IMG/VR virus record: IMGVR_UViG_3300037115_000242
Source of the DNA: an uncultured virus (IMG/VR IMGVR_UViG_3300037115_000242)
Taxonomy: Duplodnaviria > Heunggongvirae > Uroviricota > Caudoviricetes
DNA length: 64,000 bases
Direction: 5' to 3' (one strand)
Part shown: positions 56,301 through 64,000 of the stretch, piece after piece
Layout of the letters: each line of letters opens with the position of its first letter
How positions within the stretch are numbered: the first letter of the stretch is position 1
Notes under the pieces: model-generated
Told to the model about the DNA's origin: nothing
The model's database searches: none
What the model saw: only the letters and a program-made list of their open reading frames with translations
Program-made: the position numbers and the translations under genes

Positions 56301-57152
56301 AAACTGTGGAAGCCGCCCAGTGGCCGCTCCGTGACCCCGGTGCACAAACTGGCAGCGGGCAACGTGTCAACACTCGGCATCGTGGCATCGTTCGAGATCA
56401 TCAAGAAGCGCAGTCGCTTCGTCAAGATGCGTCTCGCAGGAACCAACGCCACCATCTCGTGCCTCATTTGGGAGCGCACCCTCTCACTCATTGAGAAGGG
56501 CGAAGGAGTGCCCCGCATCGGTGACGTCATTGGGGTCGACGGACTCGTCAAGACCAGCGTGAAGGTGTTAGACGAGGACGAGGAGACTGACGAGGACGAG
56601 ACGTTGGAGATGACGGTCAACGACATCTGGCGAGGTCCACTCGTTCCCCCGAGGTGGGGAGAGGAGGCTCGGCCCCTCACAACAGAGCAGGACGAGGCCG
56701 ATTTCGAGGAATCTGAACCCGAGGTCGTTTTGGAGGTCGAAATCGAGCCTTCGGACGTCGTGGAGTTCGATTTCACCGCCGAAGACGCCTTCCAAGCGAG
56801 CGAGGGGCTAAATCCCGAGGATCAGGCCCCTGTGATTGATTCTGGCGACTCTGAGCCTTCCGTCGTCGAAGAACCGGCTGAGGCCCAAGAAGAGGCTTAC
56901 AGCCCCTTAGAATCGCCCATTTGGGACGAAGACGACGAGGAATGGGGCTCTTTCGGGAAACGGACCACTGCGAAGGGCTCAAAGCCCCTCGTGGAGGTGA
57001 CTGAGACCCTCCAGGCCGAGAAAAGGACCGTCAAGGTGAAGACCGAATCTGCGCCGAAATCTCCTACCCAAAATGGGTCAAAACCAAGCCAGCCGAAGAC
57101 GCGATCCACTCGATTCATCAAGCCCTTCACGCAGGCGCAGAATCAGGACTGA
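53391..57152 (+). CDS. dnaE: DNA polymerase III alpha subunit with acidic C-terminal tail
   Basis: HLHTHS PHP, AITDHG, ATNDSHY, GPGRGSAAGS, FERFLNP, MPDIDSD, HACG, KMDVLGL, YQEQ, FNKSH, OB fold. Confidence 0.95.
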   Translation: MAVDNSDSFVHLHTHSDFSVRDSIARLNDLCVAAMLDEQPALAITDHGNLGASRLLRDAAEHNGIKPIYGVEAYLAIEDGEPNARLRQNTVTRDKADDEDDTVSADNEGEKEKKYNHLTILAETPEGWSNLLRIQAEANDAFWSKPRADLDLLQEHHEGLIVLTGCLGGPIKEPLAHGDVEGARKNLGRLVDIFGKTNVFIEVMSHGIPQEDRLNGQLEKFAKEFGLRSVATNDSHYVHESDEHAHDAWLCVSSNSTLDNPNRWKFSGSGFHLRSAAEMRELFTLDQCDLTLEIAERCTQYDMMPKHGLRLPTYDPSDERDSDRILYEMTRDAAPKRYGSPLPAVVKERLRYELDIIANAHLSDYFLIVADMIHWAKAQGIRVGPGRGSAAGSCVSYSLGITNIDPIKHGLLFERFLNPTRVKMPDIDSDFEQNRREEVIAYLAQRWGDDRVARIGTHGTSMAKNSLRAAGKVLSEGGMANKLASMVPTMTGGRTASMKELVSGSASHEFKEMAEGAPRVIEIATAFEGIVNTEGIHACGVVVSDESLLGLVPLRRDRKTNSRVTEWDGTEIEDANFLKMDVLGLTALDIIQSTARLAGIDPDEIDFEDEKAWDLIAKGHTSGLFQLESTGMTDLARRINARSVDDLGAVIALYRPGPLGIGMHIMYADRKAGTAPVDYGIFSNDEAEVEIIKSILGETYGVITYQEQILRLADVVAGFGPPERSNLLTAIGKKIREQMDLSGELFLKMAVQNVDHAGESKMAFSTLTANKLWDSFKSAGDYLFNKSHAVGYAYVTYQMAWLKANYPAEFAAGWLSHTDDADKRATFLANLEGVPLACPDVNHSLATPSVHEGSVTLGLGGISDVGSVADAIVSERLANGPFTSLHNLASRVKIDDKRISVTALNALVDCGACDAFGPRLGQVMMMGTVKDVDAPVPDFEFDVLERSARERQRLGILVSENPLRVLRGQLKLWKPPSGRSVTPVHKLAAGNVSTLGIVASFEIIKKRSRFVKMRLAGTNATISCLIWERTLSLIEKGEGVPRIGDVIGVDGLVKTSVKVLDEDEETDEDETLEMTVNDIWRGPLVPPRWGEEARPLTTEQDEADFEESEPEVVLEVEIEPSDVVEFDFTAEDAFQASEGLNPEDQAPVIDSGDSEPSVVEEPAEAQEEAYSPLESPIWDEDDEEWGSFGKRTTAKGSKPLVEVTETLQAEKRTVKVKTESAPKSPTQNGSKPSQPKTRSTRFIKPFTQAQNQD

Positions 57153-57208
57153 GTCAATGCACAATGATTCTCCGACGCCCCTCTCTGTTTGAGTGGAAGG
57201 TGCGTGAT

Positions 57209-58069
57209 CTAGTTCCACCAACTGGCTAGGTCGAGAGGCTTCGAACCTTCAGCCCACGCGAACATCTGATCGAGTCGGGTACTTATAGCCTTAACGCGCT
57301 CAACCGTCGGGTCGAAGGTGAGACCGAATGTCGTCGTCAAGGTGGCCTTCACTAGAGCCGAGTTCTCTAACGCCATTGGTTCATCAACCCCGCCAAACGC
57401 CTCGACCACGGCATCGAACGCAGCGGAATTGCCAGACTCAAGAACCAAGTTGTTGTGGCCGCTCGCGAGGTCCCAATACTTCGGACGCCACCCCGCTTGA
57501 TCGAGGTCGATAAGGAGCACTCTGCCGTCGTCTAAACAGAGGCAGTTCGAAATTGCCACGTCACCATGAGCGAACGAATGAGGCCCGTCAAAAATCAATT
57601 CCGCTATCGGTCGAACACACTCCACGAGTCGTTGAGTTCTCTCTCTAATCGACCAAGGAAATGTCGTATTTTCGATCCGTGAAGCGACGCGTCCAAATGG
57701 ATTCCAGGGGGTCGGTACACCAACATCGGCGAGAGAAATGATTCTCAAAGCAGAGCCCAATGAGGTCGCGTGGCTCTCTTGCACGTTACTGGCGGTCACG
57801 TTAGCGTGCTCAACGAGAGGCCAGAGTGACGCGGAACCAAGTTCGGTTTGCTCGATGGAATCGTGTAGTGGCAATACCACCGGCACACCGATGTCGTGAA
57901 AGGCAAACGCCATCTCTACGCCGTTTACTAGACCGGTCAGTCTGTCGGGGTATTTCGCCACTTTCACCACACTCGTTGCATCAACGTAAACGTCATTGTC
58001 GCGTGACGTGAGTAGACGCCACGGTCCTCCACCAAACGCTTTGGTAAGCGCGTCGCTACTGTTTCCCAT
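57209..58069 (-). CDS. Aminoglycoside-phosphotransferase-like (APH/choline kinase family) kinase
   Basis: VVKV, HGDVAISN, LIDLD, WDLA. Confidence 0.8.
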   Translation of the reverse strand: MGNSSDALTKAFGGGPWRLLTSRDNDVYVDATSVVKVAKYPDRLTGLVNGVEMAFAFHDIGVPVVLPLHDSIEQTELGSASLWPLVEHANVTASNVQESHATSLGSALRIISLADVGVPTPWNPFGRVASRIENTTFPWSIRERTQRLVECVRPIAELIFDGPHSFAHGDVAISNCLCLDDGRVLLIDLDQAGWRPKYWDLASGHNNLVLESGNSAAFDAVVEAFGGVDEPMALENSALVKATLTTTFGLTFDPTVERVKAISTRLDQMFAWAEGSKPLDLASWWN

Positions 58070-58072
58070 CGA

Positions 58073-60601
58073 CTAATGGACCTGCGCCAGAGCCGCTCGG
58101 CGGCGGATGTCCTCGGGGTTGGTCGATGCTCGCTCAAGGAAGTCCTTGGGCAGTTTGATCTCCACGGGAACCGCTCGTCCGGCGAGGTCAACGTAGATGC
58201 CGATGGCTCCTCGAACGACCTTGCCGTCCTTGTCACGGAGGGCTCGCATGGAGTTCCAGTTCGGCGCGGTGGACGTCTCGGTGTTGCCGCCGACGTACGC
58301 CTTGGCCGTGATCCGCTCCATGCGCTCCGGGGTCGCTTCGAGACGGAAGAGTTCACACGCGGCCTCGGCTTCCTCTCGGTCTTGGATCGGCAAAATGAGA
58401 CCCCGCGAGATGTAGCCCGCGAGTCCGGCGTCGAGCGCGTCGGAGATTCGCTGCGTGAACAACATGGGGAGAATCTGCTGGGACCTGGCGAGACGACCAA
58501 GACGGTTCATCTCGGATCGACCGGCGGAGAGCATGACCCACGCTTCATCGAGCATGAGGACGCCCGAACGCATGGAGAGCGCCGCCGCCGATCCGAAGAC
58601 CATCATTCGCACGAGCGCGAGCGCGATACGTTGCTGCTGAGTCGCCACATGGATGTCACCGGGCTCAGGAAGGTCGAGTACGCCTTCTCCGACCTTGATG
58701 AGGGTGATGCCTTCGGAGGTGCGCAGGCTCGTGCCACCGTGCTTCATACCGACACAGGCCCGGAACATGGGCGAACCACCCGCGAGGTCGAAGACCTTGG
58801 TGACCATCTCGTGAGGAGCCTGTCCGTCGTCGAGCGCAATCTGGAGTGCCTCGCCGATGCAGTCCGCTCCTTGTCCCGCCCCGTACGCCAGGGCCTTGAT
58901 GAGTGGAGTTTCGTAGTCTTCTTTCATCGTGCCCCACGGGTTGATCGAGAGGAGCATGGTGGACGAGAGTTCCACGCCGACGTTGATGGTCGAAGAGAAT
59001 CGCATCGGGTCGAAGACACCATCGGAGTGAATCAGGTCGTCGAGCGAGTGGACCTTGCCGCCCGACATCTGTACCGCCGCGTCGTGTGACGAACTCGACT
59101 TCGGGTCGATGATGACCACAGGTGTCTTCTCGCCGTAGGCCGTGGTGATGCGAGCGAGTTGGTCAGCCAGGTAGAGCATGGTGACCGACTTACCCGAGCC
59201 CGACTGTCCCACGGTCACAAAGATCGGGAGGCTATCTTCGTCAGCGGCGGCGGTCGGCGAGATATACCCCGGTTGATGGTCGCGCTCGGTGAAGCCGAGC
59301 AGTGCGCCGCTTTGGTCACCCACCATCGACTGAGCGGTGAGACCAGAGGCCGCGAGAGCGTGGCTCGGGATGTCGTGCAGGTGAGGCACGGCTCTGATCG
59401 GTGAGCAGAGCATTGTCTCCATGATGGCGCTGTCTTGCCGGTCGGTCATCGTGTCGATGACCACGGACGTGCCTTGCCCGAAGTCGGAGATGTCGTAGCC
59501 GGTGCGTTTGTCGTAGCCACCCACGGCGATCATGATCGCTCCGTCCATCAGAGTGGCCGGTCCGCCCGTGGCGTAGATGCCTTCCATCTCGTCAAGGTTT
59601 TGGAGGAGTTCAGTCTGTTCCTGACGCTCCATCTTGTTCTGGTTCGACCGCTCATTGATGTCGTCGATGTAGTTCTTTTTGCGACGGCGAAGTTCACCAC
59701 GAGTGACGTTCGGCGGCTCCACCTTGCCGTGAATCGAAACGCAGAGGGCTCCCCGGTCAACGAGTGCCGCTCCCCAGCGAGCCGCATTGGTCGTGGGGTT
59801 CACGTACTCAAGATCGAACTCTCGAACACAGCCGAAGGTGATGGTGTGATGTCCACTATCGAGACCCCACTCTTCGCACTTCAGTTCGCTGTCTTCTTTC
59901 ATGATCACTGCGGCCGCACGGAGGGAGTCCGATGAGCGGAAGATGTGAAGATGGTCGAGGTGGGTCAGCATCGGAGTGTCGGGAGCCTGTCCGTAGTTCC
60001 ACCATCCGTTCAAAAGCGAGTAATCGGACGGACTGAGCGAGAGAAGACCGTTGCGCGACATGATGGCGTCGATCTCGGCGTAGTCACGGTCGTAGTCACT
60101 CATAGGAGTGGCCCCGGTGATGACTGATTCGGCGAGGGAAGATACCGACGCCATCGCTGTCTCCAGTGGACCACCCACACTTTTCGCACCGATGTTGCTT
60201 CTCAACTTGACACCCATGACCAGCAAGCGACGGTCGGTGTCCACGTTGTTGAAGGCCGTGGAGAGATACGAGTAGAGAGGCGAGTCGACCGGCGGGGTGT
60301 AGCGCCACGGAATGTTGACGAGAAGCGTGTGCACTTCTCGATAGTTGTTCTTCGACGTCTGTCGGCGCAAGAGTCCCCTGAGGTGCGTGATGGCGGACAG
60401 TTCTTCAAGCACGTCTTGTATCGGGTCGCCGGTTGCGAGACCCTCTTCGGGTGAGCGGGCGTCGATCACCGGAGCCAGAGGCACGGCGCGGTAGACCCAC
60501 ACCGACTTATCGACACCGATGGCGCGACCGTCTTTGGTCAAGCCCTTCATGGTGGTCGGCCACACCTGGTTGTCGATCAACTTCTTACTGAAGACTGCCA
60601 T
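58073..60601 (-). CDS. VirB4-like conjugation ATPase (TcpF/ConE type)
   Basis: 842 aa; GQSGSGKS, IIDPK, LMLDEAW, RLARSQ..FTQR. Confidence 0.8.
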   Translation of the reverse strand: MAVFSKKLIDNQVWPTTMKGLTKDGRAIGVDKSVWVYRAVPLAPVIDARSPEEGLATGDPIQDVLEELSAITHLRGLLRRQTSKNNYREVHTLLVNIPWRYTPPVDSPLYSYLSTAFNNVDTDRRLLVMGVKLRSNIGAKSVGGPLETAMASVSSLAESVITGATPMSDYDRDYAEIDAIMSRNGLLSLSPSDYSLLNGWWNYGQAPDTPMLTHLDHLHIFRSSDSLRAAAVIMKEDSELKCEEWGLDSGHHTITFGCVREFDLEYVNPTTNAARWGAALVDRGALCVSIHGKVEPPNVTRGELRRRKKNYIDDINERSNQNKMERQEQTELLQNLDEMEGIYATGGPATLMDGAIMIAVGGYDKRTGYDISDFGQGTSVVIDTMTDRQDSAIMETMLCSPIRAVPHLHDIPSHALAASGLTAQSMVGDQSGALLGFTERDHQPGYISPTAAADEDSLPIFVTVGQSGSGKSVTMLYLADQLARITTAYGEKTPVVIIDPKSSSSHDAAVQMSGGKVHSLDDLIHSDGVFDPMRFSSTINVGVELSSTMLLSINPWGTMKEDYETPLIKALAYGAGQGADCIGEALQIALDDGQAPHEMVTKVFDLAGGSPMFRACVGMKHGGTSLRTSEGITLIKVGEGVLDLPEPGDIHVATQQQRIALALVRMMVFGSAAALSMRSGVLMLDEAWVMLSAGRSEMNRLGRLARSQQILPMLFTQRISDALDAGLAGYISRGLILPIQDREEAEAACELFRLEATPERMERITAKAYVGGNTETSTAPNWNSMRALRDKDGKVVRGAIGIYVDLAGRAVPVEIKLPKDFLERASTNPEDIRRRAALAQVH

Positions 60602-60604
60602 CGG

Positions 60605-61657
60605 CTATCCGTTCCCGTAGGGCTTGAGCGACGGACCAGTTCCCGGCTGTCCCCACGCCACCACGACCGGAGCGGCGGTGTTCGCTCGCTCGATGAGCAG
60701 GTCAGTGGTGGTGGGTGGCCCATCAACAGAGGTGTTGGGCGCGAGTGCCTTTTCACCATTCCATTGGATGTTGAGCGACACCTCGACGAGGAGCGCGTCG
60801 GGAGAGGAGTTGTTGGGCGCTGGCGCGACGTTGGGAGCCTCACGAGGAGCGGCGTAGAGAACGGAGAAATTCGCAGAAGCAACACCTTGCAGAGCCCGGT
60901 AGTGGTGTGAGGTGTCCGGGTCGCCGACCGCCACCGCAAGTTGCGAGGACGATCCCGATACGTACGCGTCTAGCCATCCGGTGATGGCTTGAGTAACCGC
61001 CGGAGTCACCGACGTCGTAATGGCACCAGAAGAAACGGTCGGCCAAGGAGAGAGTGTGTTAGTGCTTCCACTGGTGCCATTGATCGGCTGTAGTCCAGGG
61101 CCACCAATCGGCACGAGACCGTCCAAATCTATTTCAACAGTGGCTTCGTAGTATTTGTCCTGAAGACCCGTCGGACTAGTCGCTGTCGCCGCGAGGGGCG
61201 TCTCCAATGTGAACGTGTCGAGTTCGACTTTTCCATTGGCCCCCTTGATGGTCTTGGCTCCATCCCACGAGAGGATTTGACCTCCAGGCAGCGGCGAAGG
61301 AACTTCAGCCAGCCACGCCTGAATGGTGGTGGTTGCTACGTTCCTTCCTTTGGATGTGAGTTGCGTGTGGCCCCCGCCACCCGTGGGCTTCTTTGAGCCT
61401 TCCACCGACGTGATGAGTCCGATCATCGCTATGAAACCGAGCACCAGAGATGCAACGATGGCGATCCTCATCCTCTTGGCTATGCGGTTGGTGTGGTCAA
61501 CTGCCGGGGTACCCGGTCGAGGGATCAGGACCGATTCTTCGAGCCAGTCGAGCGAGTTGTTGTTGTTGTTCCTCCCGGTCTTGGCGGTCCTCGTATTCTT
61601 GACGACCTTGGGAGTTTTCTTCTTCGGTTCCGACTTAGATCGGAAGAGGTCTACCAT
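60605..61657 (-). CDS. Conjugal transfer protein, TcpC/VirB8-like
   Basis: Basic N-terminus, one TM, two extracellular domains (ITGWLDAY; VVAWG.PG); directly upstream of the VirB4-like gene. Confidence 0.6.
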   Translation of the reverse strand: MVDLFRSKSEPKKKTPKVVKNTRTAKTGRNNNNNSLDWLEESVLIPRPGTPAVDHTNRIAKRMRIAIVASLVLGFIAMIGLITSVEGSKKPTGGGGHTQLTSKGRNVATTTIQAWLAEVPSPLPGGQILSWDGAKTIKGANGKVELDTFTLETPLAATATSPTGLQDKYYEATVEIDLDGLVPIGGPGLQPINGTSGSTNTLSPWPTVSSGAITTSVTPAVTQAITGWLDAYVSGSSSQLAVAVGDPDTSHHYRALQGVASANFSVLYAAPREAPNVAPAPNNSSPDALLVEVSLNIQWNGEKALAPNTSVDGPPTTTDLLIERANTAAPVVVAWGQPGTGPSLKPYGNG

Positions 61658-62061
61658 CCGAGAGCGTCCTCGTCTTCGATCTCTTCGACGTCTTCAATGG
61701 GTTCGTCGACCATCACATCAGAGTGACCTTGGTCTTCATCACGAGGACCCTCGACGACGTGTTCCTTCGGCCCTATGCCTGGTCGATTCGTCATGTGCCA
61801 GCGAGCAGTACCCGCGACGGAGAAGTTGCCATCATCGACCAACGCAACGACCACGTAGTCCGGGGGATTCTCTTCGTTGATGAGGAGACGTCGAACCCAG
61901 CCGACCTTCGACCCAGCGAGGGCCTCGTAGCAGGATCGACAGCGAGGGTGCCCTTCTTCGGCTTCATTGGTGCACTCGACCCAGCACGTGGGGCATTCGC
62001 CCGGATAGTGCAACGGGTCGTGCAGCGACTCCCCGAACTTCCAAGATTGACAGGTGGACAT
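61651..62061 (-). CDS. Hypothetical Cys-rich protein
   Basis: AGGAGG RBS; CPTC, CRSC. Confidence 0.6.
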   Translation of the reverse strand: MSTCQSWKFGESLHDPLHYPGECPTCWVECTNEAEEGHPRCRSCYEALAGSKVGWVRRLLINEENPPDYVVVALVDDGNFSVAGTARWHMTNRPGIGPKEHVVEGPRDEDQGHSDVMVDEPIEDVEEIEDEDALGW

Positions 62062-62121
62062 CTTCCTCCTAAGGGGACGCCCTAATGCTAGTGACGCAAA
62101 TACTTAAATGAGTGGATTGAA

Positions 62122-62769
62122 CTACTGCTGGGCTGGCAGTAAAAGTCGGTACTTGGTCCGCTCGAACAAGGCTGGCTCGATCTCCCACAGTGTGTACTGG
62201 TTCCACACCTGTCGTGGCGTCTTCGTTTCGGTGCCGAAGGAAAAGACAGCATCGCGACATTTGTCTCCCTCTTCTTTGGGCAGACTTCTCGCCTGCACAA
62301 AAACGTGAGCCATGCGCGACACTTGCTGTAACTCCTCCGGCGGAATCGCCCGAGGACCTTCTTGGATCGCCTGGAACTGCTGACTGAGGAGATTTTGCAA
62401 CCCTGGAACGTCCGCTTCGTTGTAGTGATTCTTGCGACGCCACGCGGGACGATGGATGTCCTTCAAACGTTCCTTGTGCTCCTTGACCGCGTCCTTGTAG
62501 TACAGGCGAGCACCACCGACGCCTACCGCGAGGTCGGCGACCGCGATGTTGTTAAGCAGGTGGTCGGGCATGTCGACATTCGTCCAGAACTCCAAGACCT
62601 GTCGCGCATCGCGAGGAAGAGGCGGGTGAATCGCGGAGCCCTGTGAGTTGTACGACTTGTTGTCGGTCAACTTGACCTCGATGAGGTCAACATCACTTGG
62701 CTTGCGGTCTTCTGCAAACTGGCCTCCTATTGGAGTCCCTCTGTGCCGACGTGGAAGATCACTCACCAT
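62122..62769 (-). CDS. Leader-tagged protein within the transfer region
   Basis: MVSDLPRRHRGTPIGGQFAEDRKPSDVDL (divergent leader). Confidence 0.8.
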   Translation of the reverse strand: MVSDLPRRHRGTPIGGQFAEDRKPSDVDLIEVKLTDNKSYNSQGSAIHPPLPRDARQVLEFWTNVDMPDHLLNNIAVADLAVGVGGARLYYKDAVKEHKERLKDIHRPAWRRKNHYNEADVPGLQNLLSQQFQAIQEGPRAIPPEELQQVSRMAHVFVQARSLPKEEGDKCRDAVFSFGTETKTPRQVWNQYTLWEIEPALFERTKYRLLLPAQQ

Positions 62770-63299
62770 GTACTCGATTCATCTAGTCGTTCTTCAAGCG
62801 GACTTTCTACGGAGATCGCACTCGGCGCAATGCCAAGTTGTTCTCGGACGATGGCGTCAACGGTCATTGCGAACCAGAGTGAGGCCCACTCGGGACCATC
62901 GGTCTCATCGGACAGTCCGACTGATGCGGCGAACTCCCAAAAGATGCTCGCGCCTAAGAGAATGTCGCCGACCGACTCTTGCTTCTCTTTCGGAATCTCT
63001 TGATTCGGGTCGTAGACTTTCCACACGTCATCGAGTAATTCGCGACGCACGTTCGACAAAAAGTTCTTCCACTCTTCGAGAGACTCACTTCCTTCGATGT
63101 ACGCGTGAACCCACTCGGCAAGATCGCTGGCGATTTCCGCGAAGTCGTTGTTGCCTTCATCGGAGAGGAAAGAGTTGGGATACGTCGTTGAACCGACGCA
63201 GAGAGCAACAGTCAACGCGGAGAATTGGCGACATGTTGAATCTTGTGCCCATATGGTCGGCTCGTCACTCGACAGAATGGACAAATCAACAGATGACAT
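62763..63299 (-). CDS. Acidic hypothetical protein
   Basis: 178 aa; TAGACT lies 6 nt before the ATG, suggesting a leaderless mRNA. Confidence 0.65.
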   Translation of the reverse strand: MSSVDLSILSSDEPTIWAQDSTCRQFSALTVALCVGSTTYPNSFLSDEGNNDFAEIASDLAEWVHAYIEGSESLEEWKNFLSNVRRELLDDVWKVYDPNQEIPKEKQESVGDILLGASIFWEFAASVGLSDETDGPEWASLWFAMTVDAIVREQLGIAPSAISVESPLEERLDESSTW

Positions 63300-63350
63300 G
63301 CCCGTAGTCTACCCATGCGATGTTGAAAATTGGGTGCTTTTGGTTGCTGA

Positions 63351-63998
63351 TTAGTTGCCCAGTGGTGAAGGTTCGGTGCTCACCAACCACGACCGACCGA
63401 CCTTGGTGAGAGAGACAGAAACCGCGTTCACCGCCGCTCCCGTCACGGGAGGCAGACGTGTCCCGCTACTAGTGAACGAGCCGTACGTCCAGGTGACTTG
63501 CACAACGCAATGAAGGGCGCACGTACCCACTCCTTCGGGCAGTTCTGCATCCGAAATGTATGGATAGATGCCGGTCTTGTCCACCGTTAAGAGCGTCCAC
63601 GCGTTCTTCGATCCAGGGCTGGTGACAGTCCCGTTATGCGTGCTGTCGTAGGCGTAGAACGACGGAGTCTCAAAGGGCTTCGCGAGCACGTCTTCGCCGT
63701 GAAGAATGTTCGGCCACTTGTAGAACTCCGAGTAATAGTTCGTGACCCATTGAGCCGCCGACCAGATCACTGACCCTTTGTCGTTGATGCCATCAGGACC
63801 CGACGGTCCTGTCGTGAAGAGTGTGGTCGTCGTCGTTCCCGGCTTGGTAGTCGTCGTGCTTGGTGACGTCGTAGTCGTTGCGCTTGCTCCACCTCCGGGG
63901 TACGTGGGTGTCGGCGTAGAACGACTCGTGAAATACCAGATGACTGACGTGAGTACGACGACCACGACAACGAGATAGATGACTCCAGTCCGTCTCAT
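63351..63998 (-). CDS. Membrane-anchored extracellular protein, possibly transfer-related (NTF2/VirB8-like)
   Basis: N-terminal TM, Thr-rich linker, AAQWVTNYY..VSLTKVGRSWLV. Confidence 0.6.
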   Translation of the reverse strand: MRRTGVIYLVVVVVVLTSVIWYFTSRSTPTPTYPGGGASATTTTSPSTTTTKPGTTTTTLFTTGPSGPDGINDKGSVIWSAAQWVTNYYSEFYKWPNILHGEDVLAKPFETPSFYAYDSTHNGTVTSPGSKNAWTLLTVDKTGIYPYISDAELPEGVGTCALHCVVQVTWTYGSFTSSGTRLPPVTGAAVNAVSVSLTKVGRSWLVSTEPSPLGN

Positions 63999-64000
63999 TT

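Larger units (their letters stand above)
1..64000. mobile_element. Segment of a large conjugative, self-replicating element (megaplasmid/ICE or phage-plasmid-like), probably actinobacterial
   Basis: Own DnaE, primase-helicase, SSB, NrdJ and ThyX; VirB4-like and TcpC-like transfer genes; ArdC-like gene; dense small hypothetical ORFs; no host housekeeping operons; ends not visible. Confidence 0.75.

Noticed and set aside
53391..57152. Intein in DnaE (or in NrdJ)
   Set aside because: No splice-junction or LAGLIDADG motifs seen; the extra DnaE length is an acidic C-terminal tail
1..64000. Virion structural genes, tRNA or rRNA genes, IS elements
   Set aside because: None recognised by eye; divergent ones cannot be excluded without searches

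Overview
High-GC window, probably from an Actinomycetota host, belonging to a large self-replicating mobile element (conjugative megaplasmid/ICE or phage-plasmid-like). No capsid, terminase, rRNA, tRNA or CRISPR features were recognised. Replication and nucleotide genes: B12-dependent class II ribonucleotide reductase, primase-helicase next to an AT-rich putative origin, SSB, DnaE, ThyX, RecB-type nuclease, resolvase-like nuclease, SNF2 helicase and a HerA-like ATPase. The window also has part of a Gram-positive-type conjugation module (VirB4-like ATPase, TcpC-like protein), a Cys-repeat/FN3 surface adhesin and many small phage-like genes. The standout feature is a family of 33 genes (counted by eye) whose products begin with the same ~26-aa leader, consensus MTNRQPKGTPVGGQFAEGRKPEGGDL, fused to otherwise unrelated cargo domains (ArdC-like, KTSC, left-handed beta-helix, DUF7007-like, Zn fingers, acidic domains). 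28 of them form one uninterrupted 18-kb tandem array (30156-48322). A 9-bp motif, GCACCCATA (17 copies), precedes these genes and behaves like an element-specific promoter. Together this looks like a dedicated leader-tagged protein delivery or targeting system with its own regulon. All annotations come from motif recognition by eye; no searches were run. Several start codons were corrected relative to the ORF track.
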